Assembly: GCF_000181795.1 (NCBI RefSeq)
Contig: NW_003526940.1
Span: 212,610-245,219, forward strand
Reading direction: 5' to 3'
Length of the DNA stretch: 32,610 bases
From: Trichinella spiralis
Taxonomy: Eukaryota
The notes below the pieces were generated by a model. That model was given only the letters and a program-made list of their open reading frames with translations, was not told the origin of the DNA and searched no databases. The position numbers and the translations under genes are program-made. Positions within the stretch are counted from its first letter, which is position 1. Every line of letters starts with the position of its first letter. Of this stretch, positions 1-15,545 are shown one piece after another.

Positions 1-2219
1 TGAAATAAGTTTGCATTAGATTAACAAAACAAAATTTGCAATATTTTTTAAATTTAAACATAGTCAGTGTAAAATTCCAACAGCAAAAATATACAATTTT
101 TAAAAATTTTAACAATGTTTGTAATAAAGACGAGAGATAAAAGGAAAAAAATGAATTTTTAGAAACAGTAATTTGAAAATTTTACAAAAACTTGACAATC
201 AAATTTTACAGTATCAAAAAATTACGGTACTTACATTTTCAAACATGGTTCGAAAGTTGATAATGGACATAACTGTATAATAGTGTCATTTAGCAGTTTA
301 AATGCAAACGAATCGTATTCTCAAATTCATTAGAATTTAATTTACTTCAACTAATTATTATTAGATTACATTCGTTAGTTAATTATATTAGCTAAAAGTA
401 TTATTGCTGTGGTAAACGACGTTCGCCGTGCACAAACGAAGCTTCAAAGAAATAAATCGTAAAACCATTTTTGAATGTTCACAATCAATAGTCACTGCGA
501 ACTTAAGAGTAAACAAACTGTTAGCTATATCCACTGTTCACGTGAAGACTGGCAGAGATGTTAGTAAGAAATCAAGCAAATTTCCATTGTTCTCTTTGCG
601 AACGTTATTAAACATACCGAAAAATCAATGCTCTTTCTATATTTGAACATGGAAAAGGAAATCACAAACTAAGCAATTTCAGAAGAAAGGATAATTAAAA
701 GTAATTTGCTCAGTAAATAAATAAATAGTCTGCAGAGAAAATTCGAAAAAGAAAAACGTGTTAAAGCTTTAAAAAAGTGTCCATTTTTACAGATAATGTT
801 TTTTCTGGCAAATCTAGATTGTGTGTTTTCGTCAAAGTATTGAATGATGATGATGATGACTTGAAACACGTTTCCATTTAAATTGTTTCCAAATGTCCTT
901 TTCATGGAAAAATAATTTATTTTGTGAGCAGGTAATTTTAATAACCAATTGCCTAAACTTTTCCGTCCGATGTAGAACAGAGCTTTATTGAACAAAGCAT
1001 AGCAAACTGGTTCCAAACCTTGTACTAAGCAAAGTGTGTTCATTTTCGCGAAACAGCAGCCTCGACTTTATGCAAACACAAAAGTATGCTTGATACTACT
1101 CCAAATACGTGCCAGCTTGTAACCATCACGCAACTTGCCTTGCCACAATCTGATGCAACAATATAACTGTCAATTATGAGTCGTTTTCATGCAAGCCGCA
1201 CTTTATTGGCTGCAAATATAACATTTTTGGAAAACAACATTTCAAATGCTGCTACTCAATCGATGCATGCATGCCAAGCAATTTTCGCCTTGCCAACAGC
1301 AAAGCGAACATGCTTCGACGTCCATAGTCCATCATTACTCATTGCCCATAGTCGCAAAGCAATTTATCACATCAAAGCCAATCTTGATTTTTCGAAAATT
1401 TTCGTCAGTTTCTAGCGTTTGATTATTAAAACAAGTATAATTTGATTTAATTTTAAAAATCTTTCCCAATTTGACAGATCATGTTCCTTTTTGAGAAAAG
1501 ACAAAGCAAATTTTGAACTTTTCAATTCAACGTAATAAAAATTCGAAAAATAAAAAGAAGAACAAATAATTAAATTTTGTGTCATCTAAATATGTTCGAA
1601 TAGAGAAAAGAAAAAAACAATGGACAGAACAGAATCGATGAAAGGTAGGTAACGCAATAGTCGTTGCGCAAAAGATAACTCTAGCCGTGCTATGAAATTA
1701 ACATGTCATGTCAAATTATTCACGACGAGTAGATCATATTCATATTGACGAGTCTGAACAACAATTGTCCAAAGGACATGCAAATGCAAAAAATTAAAAA
1801 TGGAATAAAAAATCAACCCAACATTTTAATATGGAACAAAATTTACAAGCAACCCATGTTTACTTGCATCGTTTCAACAAGGTATGAACAAAATTTCTCA
1901 AAAAGTGAAAAAATTTCCAGCATATCACATTCATTTGAAACGCATTCTCAGTTTAATATTCGATGAATTATAAAATAAGATTTGTCTTACCTGGTTGTTT
2001 GTCTTTGCCGACTTGTTTGTTGTTTTTCTCGCTTGTTTCGTATAGAATTCAAAGCGCTTTGCAATATCCAGTAGTGTGAACAAAAATCAGCAATTGGCAA
2101 GAGAAAAAAAATAAAATGCTATTACAGACAGAAAAGAAGAAGCATGTTGTTCAGAATGAGAATATGCAAAATGTGTCTCTGAAAAAGAAAAAAACATACA
2201 TACATATAGAGGTCGATAA

Positions 2220-2236
2220 ATAGATAGATAGATAGA
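2220..2236. repeat. (ATAG)n microsatellite
   Basis: atagatagatagataga. Confidence 0.8.
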
Positions 2237-2904
2237 TTAGAATGAATGAGCAACGAATGCATTATGATTTTGAATGGAAAATTAGAAAACGCCCAGTGTT
2301 GTTCTTATGATAAACGTCAACCCACACAAATGGTAGCACAAAAATGATCGTTTGCACATCTCAAGAATAAACAGAATAAGCAATCAACGTGAACAAGAGA
2401 GAATAAAAATCAAGTCACTATGGTAATAGTCAGACTGCTTGTCTCCTCCAAGAAATGACGCAATAAACAAACAAGTGTAAACAAGTTTGAAATGAAGAAT
2501 TGAAAGAAAAAACAGCTATTTTTGCTTTTACAAAGTCGTCTTGGTTGTTGCTACCAGCACAAGTTGGCACTGACCATTGCTGATTACTGAACAACTGAGC
2601 GAACTGAACGATGGATGATGGTCTAGGCGACACGGCAATGTGAACGGGAAAAAAAATTGTCGAGAATTATGCAAAAATCGGCCAGTTGAGAAAAATACCC
2701 AACAGCATACAACGGTGCTGTTGCATACGTCAAGACGCGCCACGTCGACGACATCTGACAAACGCCATTTGGCAAGATAATGTCACCGGTTGCAGAAAAT
2801 TGCCCCAAACCGGCAACACTGTTCAAGCAGGACAAACAGCAAGCGGTGCAGGTTTATAAAATAACAACCAACTCGACACGCAGCTTGTGCTGAATTGAAC
2901 AAGC

Positions 2905-2927
2905 AAATCAAATCAAATCAAATCAAA
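2905..2927. repeat. (CAAAT)n microsatellite
   Basis: caaatcaaatcaaatcaaatcaaa. Confidence 0.8.
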
Positions 2928-5900
2928 CCGCCACTATTCGAAATGGCGAAATTACAATGAACATATATTTCTGCATCGTCGAATCGAAATCGCCCTGCCC
3001 AAGGAAGGTCCTTTGTCGAAATCGACCAACGCTAACTATCTCAATACGCTGGTGGAACACCAACCGCACTGGTTGCCGAATTAAATGTCAACCAGCGTCA
3101 ATTCATTCAAGCTCAACAACACTACCGTTCAAATTAAAATATTGCTTCAACCGGTTTTGCAAATATTCCTATTTTTAAATTTTCAAATCAAATATTTCAC
3201 CACTTTACATAATTATTATAAAAATTTTTTAAAATTTAATTTAATTCAATTTTTCTGGAAAAAATCAACCCCCATTTTCTATTGTTAATCGAATTTCAAA
3301 CAATTATGAGGGAAAAACATACAGTAAATAAAAAATGATAATCAAGTAAATTTTTATTTCGAAACAAAAAAAACACTTTCGAAGTAAGTTTATCAGAACT
3401 GAAATTGAAAATATTTTAAAGACTTACTTAAAATTTAAAACTTGAAACAATTTCGGCAAACTTGCATAATTTATTTTCAATTTCAAAGAACAAAAAACTG
3501 CCCAATACAACAAGACTTATAATTCTGAAATTCTAATGATCATGATCAAAGTGACTACATATTTACATTTTTGTGAAAATGGAGATACATTGATCGCAGA
3601 CGAAGTTCCAATGATGAAACTGAAAACCAGAAATCTTGCACTGCTGCAATAATGGATAGATGTAACCATATTTTATACTTTCGTTATTTGCACCTGTTCC
3701 GTTTAATAAACGTGCAGGAATATTTTTATAGCTGTCGCTACTGACAGCAAACATTCAACAGTTTCAATTTATACCGTTCGAACGAAATTCAACATTGGCC
3801 AATATTGCGGTGAAGATTTTTTTCACAATTATTAACAAAAATCATTATTACAATCGTAAATGCAGCATAAACAATTTTGAAATGGATAAAGTTGATTTGT
3901 TCAATTTGTTCATTCCATTCTATTTTATTTCTTGAAAATATTTAAGCAAATTTTTCTCAAAAACAAACTCTTAACAACAGTAAGATCGGCCTCTCTTTCA
4001 TCATCAAGCTTTGAAGAAAAATAAACATTGCTTGAACCGTTTACACAGCACATGAATAATGAGAACTATAGATGTTCGTTCTTGTTTTCATTTAATTTTT
4101 GTTCCAATTAAATTAAAATTCTTTTTGAAAAATATGTATTTTACCAAATATGTGAAGAAAAAAACATGTCCAAATCGACAGTATAATTTAAAAAAAATGA
4201 AGTTCAAAAATGAGGAGCGCCTGTCGTGATCATGTAAAATGAATAATTGACAGAAAATTATGAGCAGTTGAAAATATTTTCGTCGTTGTCAACAATGACG
4301 TCGACGTATTTTTAATTCACCAAAGTGCTCATTTTGAAATTAAAAATGACGATAAATTTCATCATCATAATACATATTTATTTATTTACTTGTGTAGTTT
4401 TTTGTTATCGTTTTGCTTTTATACAATTGTTGAACATTCATAATATGAAGCATTACAGTTTCATTGTACAAGCCGTATATCTGTCCATTTATGTGACTAA
4501 AAGAGCCCGCTGAGAATAATAAATTTGTAAGCTCATGAAAGAATTATTGATCCGCAACCGACCACAATGCAGAGCAAGCTGAACAATACATGCTGGTTCT
4601 AGTGATCAGTTGTATTCCACAAGAACAACAACAAGCAACGCGTTTGCACAATAAACAAGCCAATTGAACAAGATATAAATAGCTAATTGATGACATTGTT
4701 GCCGTGTTAAAGGAATTAATGTAAGATCAAATTTTGCGCATATTTGTGCTAACTGCGTGCTAAAACACACACACACGGTCGCAGTTTGAAGTAAACACCA
4801 AAAACTGGACACAGGATGTGCACGTCAAATGTAATAATTTAAACATTATATTATTGAACAGCTTCAAACAACATTTTACAAGTTTTGCTGCTAAGAAAAG
4901 TTGGTCAACAAGTGTACAATTTCACTATTTATTCATTATTAACAAAAAAAAATAAATAAGGAAACAATTTTTGTGAACCAAAAGAAAATAAAGAATACAA
5001 TTTTCAACCTGTTTCAAAAATGAAATTTTATTTGAGTGTAAAACATGGTTAAATAAAATAATAATCGCACATAATGCATGCATGTGTGTATATGTAAATA
5101 AATAAATAAATAAAATCCTTTTAAAAAAAACCAATTTTATGAATAGCATGATGAACGAGAAAAAAGAAGGAAACAGATTTCGACAAGAGTAATTTATCAC
5201 ATTAGCCTCATTTTTTCAAATGATAATTTATTTCTTCAAAGAAATAAATGTTCAACGCTGATACGACACTTTGATCAACTCTAAGAACATCTCAATAATT
5301 TGTGATGGTTATACAAAAAGACAAAAAGTTTTATTTATAACTACAGTCAATAAACTTTTAAGTTTTATTTTTCATAATAAATTTTCACAAAAATTCTCTG
5401 TTAATAAATATAAAATAGGACAACATTACCTTAATTTGAAACATACCTTACATTTGAAAATCGCATGTTGATTCTATTATTAAAAGCCGATTCAACTTTA
5501 TTTTTATAATAATTACAAATTTCAACTAACACCGATTAATTATGCTTATTATTCAAACCTGACTGAATGGAATTTATTATTAATCATCAATATAAAATAA
5601 GCGGGAAACAAATCTCAAGAGTACATTTGTATAATTAGCATATCTTTCAAATGGAAATGAACACCACATTGTAAACAAAGGATATATGCAATGAGCAGTC
5701 GTTTATTAAGAAATTTCATTTTTCCTTGACAACACCGCTACGGATATTCAATACTGCTTTGATTACAATATGAATATATTATTATTGCTATCTGATTGAT
5801 CTATACAACACTCTGATAGCCAGCTTTATTTTTCCATTTTTAGATTTACTAAATGATTCATCATTATCTGTTAAAATTTGGAAAAATGAAAAGCAAATGT

Positions 5901-8900
5901 TTAAAGAATAAAAAGAACAAACAGTTGAAAACAACAAACAATTAATAATTAAAATTCGATGAAAAAAAAGAATTTTTTAAATTTAGATTTGCATACATAA
6001 ATTAACGTTTAAACAAAATAAATTCCTTCTCCTTGTTGGGCAGTAAAACAATAAAACAAAACAAAACAAAATATAAAAATATGTAAAAAATAATCTTTTA
6101 AATTATTACAAAATTCATTATCAGAATACTGCAATTCGAATAAATATGATAAGAAGATGTCTTTGACTGCTTGCTTTTCATTTGCTTGTACAAGATGAAC
6201 TGTTTTCATTGTAATTTATTCAAATTAAGAAATTTTCATAATTTGAAAAGTTTCAAAATAGCAAACAATATGAAAATTGCAATTCTATATTAATAATTGA
6301 TCGTTATTAAGATACGTTTGCCATTTTCGAAATTCACTTTATTTAAATTTATCCATTCACAACTTGCTTTCAATATTAAAAAGCGAACAAATGAAAAAGA
6401 ATAAATACATTACATTAATTAAATGATCAATTTCAACAGAATACTGTATGTAATTTTCAAAATATTTCAGGAATGAATGGGGAAAATTATTCATTTTCTG
6501 AAATTAATAAACCAAAGAAAAAAATGAATTAACTGATCGATGAAATTTAGCAAATACAAATTCAATTTTCTCTTCTTCAATATGATTATTGAAATTTTCA
6601 TCAAAAATGTACTCACGAAAGAAAAAATCAGCTACAAAAAACAACGCAAGCAAAATTTCAAATGTACCACACGATATCGTCAACTCAATTCAAACGTTTT
6701 TTTAATTTTCTTTGGCATTTAATAAATTTTATATAGTGAAAATTTTTGTTTATTTTTTAAAATAATAGAATTTGCAATTTGGCCTTCTGAAAGCTGCATT
6801 TGATCAACGGCGTTGAGAAAACAAAAGTAACAAAGCGTTGTTTACTGTTTTATTGAAGCAGTATTATTTTTAAAAATCAAGTTCAATTTTTGAAGAGTTT
6901 AAAAAATTGAATAACTAACTTTTCACATCCCTATTTTCAAGCTCAAACTGTTGTTGCTCACAGTTCGATAGTGAACAGTGAAAAATAATTTGAATTTAAT
7001 ATATTGAATTCAACTATTCAAATGAAAAATAAAACAGAAAAACATTCAAACAACGAGAAAAAAAGTTTCATTTGACTGATACATGTCACAAAAGATTGAT
7101 ATCCAATGAAACAACAAGTACAAATTTTTTTTCTTCAATTTTATACTTTTAATTGTTGAACAGAAATTAAGAGGACCAAAGAATCTATTAAACCAAATGA
7201 AATGATGCAATCGTTTCTTTGTTTTGTTTGTTTGTCTGTTAAATCTATTATTACTCATCTTTCTTCACAAATCATTGAAATGTGAAGGTGTATTTGATAA
7301 ATAATAATAAGAATAAACACAGTCAAAATTTGTTTATTAATATGCAAACATTTGAATACAATTTGAAAAAGTGTTAACGTAAAGTAGAAAATTTTTTAAT
7401 TGATAAATTTTTCTTCATCTGATTGATTGTTGAATGTTTTAAGCTTTCTTTTTTCTCTTCATTCAGTTCAATTCAATTCAACAAGCGAGAAAGAAAAATT
7501 CAATCAAACAAAATGCGAAAAAAACATGTTACACATATTTCAAAATAATAACAATAAAATTTTTCCCCAAAATATGATACTTTTTTTCAACAGTGTTTCT
7601 TGTCAATATTTATTAAGCCCCACATAAATTTTGAAAATGAAATTTCATTTTTAGAGAGTATATTATTGTTAATTCAAATTTTAACAAATCTATAAACAAA
7701 AGAAAATTACTGTAACAATGCTGAGAAAAAAGTTTGCACAGTAAGAAAAAAAAAGAAAACAAGCAACTTACTCCAGTGGTGTATATTTTTGAAAATGTTC
7801 CTCTCTTTGAATCTTCACCAAGCTGGAAAAGATTTACATAATTTTTCTTGTTGTTACTTTTCAATATTTGAATTTGTTTGTTAATCACAATAATTTATTG
7901 ACGAATTCAACTTTACCGTCATCGCTGGATGTTGAAGTCTCGATGGTGGTGGTTCTGCTTTGCCAAATCAACCAAGCCAAGGTGGTTTTGAAATTCAAGC
8001 AATTGAAAGCCATACAATTGACTAAAGATCGTCATTAGGGGAAGATTAGCAAAGTGCATGTATGGATTTGGTGAATTGTTGCCCATTAGCGGAAGGAAAA
8101 TTGCTCGCTGATCCGTCGGCTTGGTTATTAAATGCAATATAATTCAGCCGGCGTTGGATGTGGCATAATTTTGCGAGCTGTTGCTTTTCTGCAAGAGCTC
8201 AGGAAATTTTACACCCAAGTCAATGTCGACAATAATTTCAACAATTACCCCTAGATGATGCGGTTGATGTTATTCTGCAATGAGCGGAGAACGGCAAATT
8301 TAAATATACATATTTATTTATTCATTTATTAAAAAAGTCCTATATTGAAATTTTTTCAAAAGATTCTGCCGATATTGTTAATTAAAATGTTGAAAATAGA
8401 TAAATCACAAAAACGAAATAAAATTTCAAATTTCTCTTCCCTTGACTTTTGATTGAAATGCATCGCTAATCTTGTTTCTGTAAACGAAATTAAACTATAG
8501 CATGTTGAAATTTCTTTATTTTTAAAAATGAATTATGAAAATTCACATTTACTAAAATTAGTAGTAAATTTCACAAATGAACGAATACGTCTACATACAA
8601 ATGATGAAATGATTCATTTGTTTTCTTGTTTAAACAATCACAATTGAATAATGCTTGGTTTCACGTTTTAAAGAATTATTTAATCCTTTTGATTAAACAA
8701 ATTAATTGTTCATTCATTACTCCATTTTTATATTACTCATGTAATTTTTGAAAAAATGACACAAATTTTACCCATAAATAAAATGCATAAGTTAACCAAG
8801 CGGATAACATATGAACGATGATTCCAATTTCAAAATTCAACATTTCTTTGGTAGCATTTGATTTGAAAAAAAAATTAAATCATTTGAATTATTAAAAAAC

Positions 8901-10059
8901 TTCTCTGATAACCTTGTAATAAATTTCAAAAACTTAATTGAAATATACAACAAGTATAAATAATTTATGAAACAAAATAATTACTAAAATTTTTCATCCA
9001 AAACGATGCAAAATAAGTAATAAATTAATTACTGAACAGTGATGGATGGATAAACATGTCGTAAAATGTGTAAAACAATAAGATTCATTAAAAAAGTGCA
9101 TCTAAAATTTTCGATAAAAAACATACAATCATCCATCTGCTATGGAAAAGCATTCAAATAAAAATATGATTATTTCGTCGGGTTGATTATGAATTTTGGT
9201 AAAATGAATAATAATTATCATTGTGAAGTAATAAATGAAAGCAGAGCAGAAGTTGTAATGTGAAGCTTTTTGTCCACTTTTACACACTGTGAAATCGATA
9301 ACGTTTCCGACTTGTTTGCCTGCGATGCAATAAAAGCACATTTGAAACAGTAATTTGAATTCATTCCTGTTTTCATCAGTCTGCCATGATAATGCAAAAA
9401 AATAAATAAATATAATTTGCAAACTGCTGACAAACAAAAATTTAATTATATCATTTATTTACTGAAACGATTAAAAAACACATAAAAGATTCACAGATTA
9501 AATCAATAATTAATACAAAGCTTTTTTGCTTTAATTAAAACAAAAATTAAATTAAATCTAAAGCATCTAATTTGTAACGGTGATGAAACAGGAAAAAAGA
9601 ACTTTTTTGACTACAACAGTCAATAATTCAATATGCACAGCAAATAAAAGGATTTGCAGTTGTTAAAAAAACTTTTTTCCACAATGTCCAGTGAAATAAA
9701 TGAAAATTTTATTCACTTACAAATGCTAAAATTATTATTTTAAAAAAGTTAAACAAGAGACAAATGCAACTGACAAAAAAGCTTGCTTAATACAATTTCT
9801 AGAAAAAATAATTGAAATTTTGCTTTGAAACATCACAGTAATCCATACAGAAAATATCTTTCAACTTCATTCTTATTACAATATAATACGGCTAAAAATG
9901 AAAGCGTTAAAACAGCACATGCATATTTTTTATATTATAATATTTTTCTTTAATTTTTCAATATATTTTAAAGAATAAACGCCTTTCTTTGACCGTTGGC
10001 AAACAGAATCAATTGTGAAAAATATCTATTGTTTTGGAAAAGGTACACAATTTCACGAT

Positions 10060-10223
10060 CAATCAAATTCACGTTGTAATGTTCAAAGTACCCTAAAATT
10101 CCGTTATAACGGACATTTTTGGATTTCCTAGCGATTTCTTAATTACACGTATTCAATGTAAATCTCAATACACCGAAAGAATCATGAATCCCCTCTGAGT
10201 TCGTTGTAACGAATTTTACTGTA
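10060..10223. mobile_element. Degenerate pogo/Tigger-like MITE remnant
   Basis: The right end reads TA|CAGTAAAATTCGTTACAACGAACTC on minus. Internal CGTTRTAA(C) repeats. The left end is eroded. Confidence 0.45.
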
Positions 10224-12259
10224 TTCTATGAAATAGCTATATAGAAGATTCCTATCAACTGTTTAACATTTAATAGCATAAAAATAAATATAATTCTTTG
10301 TAATTTAATAGTTATACTTATGCTCTTCGTGTTATTAGCACGGATTTAACAGATGAATTGTAAAATAATTTTTGTTTGAGATTCAAAAAAGATATTGACT
10401 TTAATAGAATATATTGCTTGAATAGTACATCAGTATTGCGCATTTCCACATTGTCTCGCTTGCTTATTTTGTAACGATAAATGCAGGAAATTGAACATAT
10501 TTTAAAAAATTACAATTCTCAAACAAAATACTACGATTAAAACAAACAAGTTGTAAACAAAAACTGCTTATTCAATCAATTAATTTAAATCGTTTTTAAA
10601 TAATCATCAAAATTTGAAACTTACCCAAAAAATGAACTTCACTTGATAATGAACTCGATTAATCAGTAAAATGCATGTCGATATCTGAATGTAAAACTTA
10701 TACTGCCAACACAATGTTGTCGTTGGATATTTTTCTTGAACACGTAAATATGTGGATTTCGTTGCTCTTTATCAGATGGCCAAAATTATGTTTTATTAAT
10801 TCACTTCATTTATTGTTCCACATTATCGGAAGACATTTTTCTCATAAATGTGCAAAGACGTGTTACAAAAGTAAAAACGTAATTAAAGTACAAACATTAT
10901 TCATTATTAAATTGAGCAAATAATTAACAAATCTTTTGCACTTAAACAACCAACATTGCAGAATTTTTATAAATTATTGTTTATGATTGATTTTATGATG
11001 TCTATGAAATTATGAAGTTTTTCATGAATGAAAATTGTTATTCAGAAATTGGATGTTACTGGAATATTAAGTTTCAACTCAAAAAATATTAGTTTACTAT
11101 TCATTTTATTTGGAAGGATATCATAATGTTTTATCAAATGAAATCAACTTTAGAGATTTTTCAATAATTGTAAAAACATATTTGATGCACTTTTATTAGC
11201 TGCCCATTGTAGGCAAAATTTTTTTTTTCATTATATTTCATTTATTATTAATTTTAGATTTTTTTATCCGGTAAAATATGGCTAATTTATAAAGTAAAAT
11301 CATATATTTTTATTGGAAAATAGAAAAAATTTAATGCTAGAAGTGCACATTAAATAATTTTCAATCATTGTCACATTAAATTACATTTTCTTATTCTATA
11401 TGCTGAACTGTTTTTTTATATTTACTTTGCCTGTCATTACTATCGGAATATTTTGTCTTATACTGTTCTATTTGTTTATATATTATTATGCAAATTTTCT
11501 CGTAAGTCTATATTGATATTTTGTTCTATCTTTGCTTAAGATGGGATTCATAACCAAATTTTAGCAAAGTGTATTTTATTTTCCTCAAAGCTGATTAGCT
11601 TTGAGCAGTGTTACAATTGTAATAAGGTGTAACAGATATAATTTGATAATCTGACGTTATAAAATGCAAATTTACACGAAATTTTTATATTATCACAAAA
11701 ATAATACACATTTTGAAATATGGTACTCCATTGCCAATAAAAACTCTAAAACTATCTTTTTCCATGGCGTAAATTGTCAACAATGCTAACATTTTTTCAG
11801 TACTTTGCCTTTAGAATAGAATTCGATTTCTGATTTACGACTTTGTCTACGCTGACATTCGTGTGCATTGGCATTATATTACGTTACATTTTTACCACAA
11901 TACGTTAAACATTGATTAAAATTGTTAAAAATACGTTGGAATTTTTAGTTCCATTTACCCATTGTACATTTATTTTAAAAATTGAGAAAAAAAGTACAGT
12001 AGAAAAAATATTTGTTATTGGAAACTTTTTCACTAAAAATTCCATACGTTTAGGTGAAAACGTAAGATGAATGCGATAATCTGTTGCAATCAACTCCAAA
12101 ATATAATGAAATTTAAATTTCAATCTTCAAATTTAGATCTGTTTAAAGTCAACGTTGACTATTATTAGATGAAAGGTAAAAATTTTCACAGATATGATTA
12201 AAAATTATTGCCAAATATTTGGGACATTTGGCTTTGCAGTTAGTTGAAGAGCAGGTTAT

Positions 12260-12710
12260 TAATGTCTGACAAATGTTTGAAGCAGCAGATGGCAAGAAAC
12301 GTTGATTGTCAAATGGCAGCTGCGCAATTTTAATACAGTATAAAGAACTGCAATCAAATGTAGAATAGAATCACTGAACGAGGTCGACAAAACCAAGAGA
12401 ACACGTTGAAGAGGATGCTGAGATTTTGACGAGGTTGCAGCAACTTCCGCTTTCAGGATAGATTCTAGGTCATCATCTTTGACAAAGGAAGCCACTGTTG
12501 ATGACAATAGTAGTAGTAATCAAGTATAATTACCGAAGAATTTCCCATTTCAGAAAACAATAGTCCAAGGTTGAAGCTGTGAAGCGTAATCTGCAGAGGA
12601 AAAATCCCAACAGAAATGTTTGAGCTTTTAATTGCTAGAGAGCAGCTGGTATTTTGCTTTATTAATTTTTCGACCGAAAAAATTGTTTCAAAAATGGTAT
12701 TCAATCAAAA
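12260..12710 (-). mobile_element. Possible highly decayed mariner transposase N-terminal (HTH) remnant
   Basis: Fragments FSEMGNSSV and SFVKDDDLESILKAE, in different frames, resemble mariner F..G+.SLED...PS.VD.D.L+AI+EAD. Judged by eye only. Confidence 0.3.
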
Positions 12711-13985
12711 TCAACCCATTCTAGTGATGGAAAAATTAAAATTGAAAAATAAAATCAAATGATTTCCTTTGCCACAGTAAAATTTAAATTGTTCAACATT
12801 GTAATTTCGATTATTTACATAATCTTTGTACTGAAAAAGGAATGTGAATAGTGTACAGTCGAATCATGTAAAATTTGTTTATGAAAATACAAAATCAATC
12901 AACTGAATTATTTCTTATACTTTAAAATGATAGTTGCTAATGCAAATTGATTATAAGAAGAAACAGTTGATGATGCTTGAATTGTTTCAATTATAATTAA
13001 AGAACATCGAATATTGTATGTAAATAAGCAATACAACAAAATGTCTATGATAAAATTACCAAAAACACTATAACAATTGATAAATGCTAGAAATAACTGT
13101 AAATTTTCGAAATTAGATCTGTTTTAAAATTTTTTGTTAAGGAAAATAAATGACCGCATTAACGATTACTTCAAACTAAAATCAAAAATTATCAATCTTT
13201 ATTTATTTTTTAAATCAGCATTAATAAATATTGTTATTAAATGTTAAAATATTTTTAATTTTGCTTATTCACATGCATCGTTCTTTTTGTTTAAAAATTT
13301 ATTCTAAAAATGTTATTTTTATCAACTAAATTGGGACAAACTACAGTATCTTTTGAATTTACTTGACCACATGACGCTTGTAAATTATTCCGTCTGCTCG
13401 ACAGGTGGTGATCATGTCAATGAGAAAAAAGCCTCTGTTTCGGAAATTGTGTTTTAAAAAATTTTCTTCTAAGCAAAAATTTAAGATAAAATAATTCAAA
13501 ACCAAATCAAAAATCAAAACAGCAATTATTTACAAGTTTGTGTGTAAATTTAAATAAAGCCGTTGACAAGAATTTATAATATTTGTAAAGCAAACAGGCA
13601 AAATAAAAGCAGTATATGTTACAATCTGATTTTTCACTCTCATTCTCAGATTAATCTATTCAAACGTGAGCGTTGTTATAAGTGGAATGTAATTTTTTTA
13701 TGTTATTCAAGAAACAACAAAATTTGAAACATTTATTTTCATTCAGATGAAGTTGAAACGACGAATAGATGCATTTTTACAAATAACTTTCATTCAAATG
13801 TATTTTATTTTAAAATACGATGATTAATAAATACAATCATTGTGCTACTTTCCTCGTATAACGCTGTAAAATCAATAAACTGGATTTAATATTTGATTTG
13901 GAATTATTCTGAAATTTCAAACGTTCAAATTTCTGTAAGATTCAATTGTTCAAACTCATTCGTTTTCAATAAAAAGAAATATGTT

Positions 13986-14001
13986 GGCCCTGAAAAGGGC
14001 C
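13986..14001 (-). promoter_or_regulatory. Histone 3' UTR stem-loop of H4
   Basis: Minus strand AAACCCAAC-GGCCCT TTTC AGGGCC-AACAT, about 40 nt after the stop. Confidence 0.97.
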
Positions 14002-14039
14002 GTTGGGTTTTAGAAGAAAAACACCATATATGTTGAAAA

Positions 14040-14475
<436 letters not shown>

Positions 14476-14839
14476 ATAAAGTACGACCTTGAGAATTTGA
14501 TTACGGTAGAAAGGAATTCAAATTTTGAAATCGACGAGCGTTTTAGATACTGAATTTTAAATAACAAAAATTTTTTTTTAAATAAAAAAAAACAAATGAC
14601 AAACAGAAATATTTAGTTAGTTTAGAACATACAATTTTAACTTTTCTTGATACTTCTGTTGAATGATCTTAAAGAAAAAAATTGGCTGCGCATTATTCAG
14701 GAAATTTGACATATTTTACAATTTAAGTAATGCAATAAAGATCATTTCTTAATGATAAAGTTTCAACACGAAAAACTCTATAGAATTATCAAAATGAATA
14801 TAAAAACTAGATGGAGAAAACTGTTTTTCAACAAAATGT

Positions 14840-14855
14840 GGCCCTGAAAAGGACC
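14840..14855 (-). promoter_or_regulatory. Histone 3' UTR stem-loop of H2A
   Basis: Minus strand AACCCAAC-GGTCCT TTTC AGGGCC-ACAT, with one U-G wobble. Confidence 0.96.
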
Positions 14856-14884
14856 GTTGGGTTCAAACGTATTAACTATATAAT

Positions 14885-15280
14885 TTATTGGGAAGATTTA
14901 ATTCCCTTGGATATGCCTTCAGCTTTTTTCGGCAAAAGGCTTGCATTAATGTTGGGAAGAACACCGCCTTGAGCAATTGTGACACCACAAAGAAATTTGC
15001 TCAGTTCCTCGTCGTTTCTGATTGCCAACTGCAAGTGACGAGGAATGATGCGGGTTTTCTTGTTGTCACGAGCTGCGTTTCCAGCCAATTCCAACACTTC
15101 AGCAGTCAGGTATTCCATCACCGCAGCAAGGTAGACTGGAGCACCAGCTCCAACACGCTTGCTGTAGTGTCCTTTTCTCAAGAGTCGATGTACCCGACCC
15201 ACTGGAAATTGCAAACCAGCGCGACTTGAACGACTCTTGGCCTTGCCTTTAACTTTTCCGCCCTTGCCACGTCCAGACAT
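14885..15280 (-). CDS. H2A: Histone H2A with an extended C-terminal tail ending KSSQ
   Basis: ATG at 15280 (the ORF-track start at 15286 is TTG). 131 aa, [29 protein letters not shown]...[17 protein letters not shown]. Confidence 0.98.
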   Translation of the reverse strand: MSGRGKGGKVKGKAKSRSSRAGLQFPVGRVHRLLRKGHYSKRVGAGAPVYLAAVMEYLTAEVLELAGNAARDNKKTRIIPRHLQLAIRNDEELSKFLCGVTIAQGGVLPNINASLLPKKAEGISKGIKSSQ

Positions 15281-15545
15281 ATCCAAAATCTAACTTAGAA
15301 CAAATTTCAATTACTAAAATTTAACTCTGGGAACGGTTTATATAGAGTGCGAAGCGCGAAGTAGGGCATTATGCCTATCCAAAAAATAACCGCAATGTCC
15401 TATTGGTTTGTTCAAATGGAAGTAGGTTGATTCGGAAATATGAGGGCATCAAGCGCTATTGGTTGATTACGCCTTCCGCTCCCTATATAAGGCAGCGATA
15501 GTTTCCATTTAGAGCAGTTTAACTATTTTAGACATTTTGAACGAC
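15281..15545. promoter_or_regulatory. Bidirectional H2A/H2B promoter
   Basis: 265 bp between divergent ATGs. CTATATAAA on minus at 15337-15345, TATATAA on plus at 15484-15490, and two CTATTGGTT (inverted CCAAT) boxes between them. Confidence 0.85.

Noticed and set aside
1..13900. Short ORFs and isolated minus-strand splice donors (about 231, 1990, 7915, 10625)
   Set aside because: The translations are low-complexity and rich in F/I/K/N/L, and I could not assemble a coherent gene model. A spliced gene may exist but is not supportable by eye.
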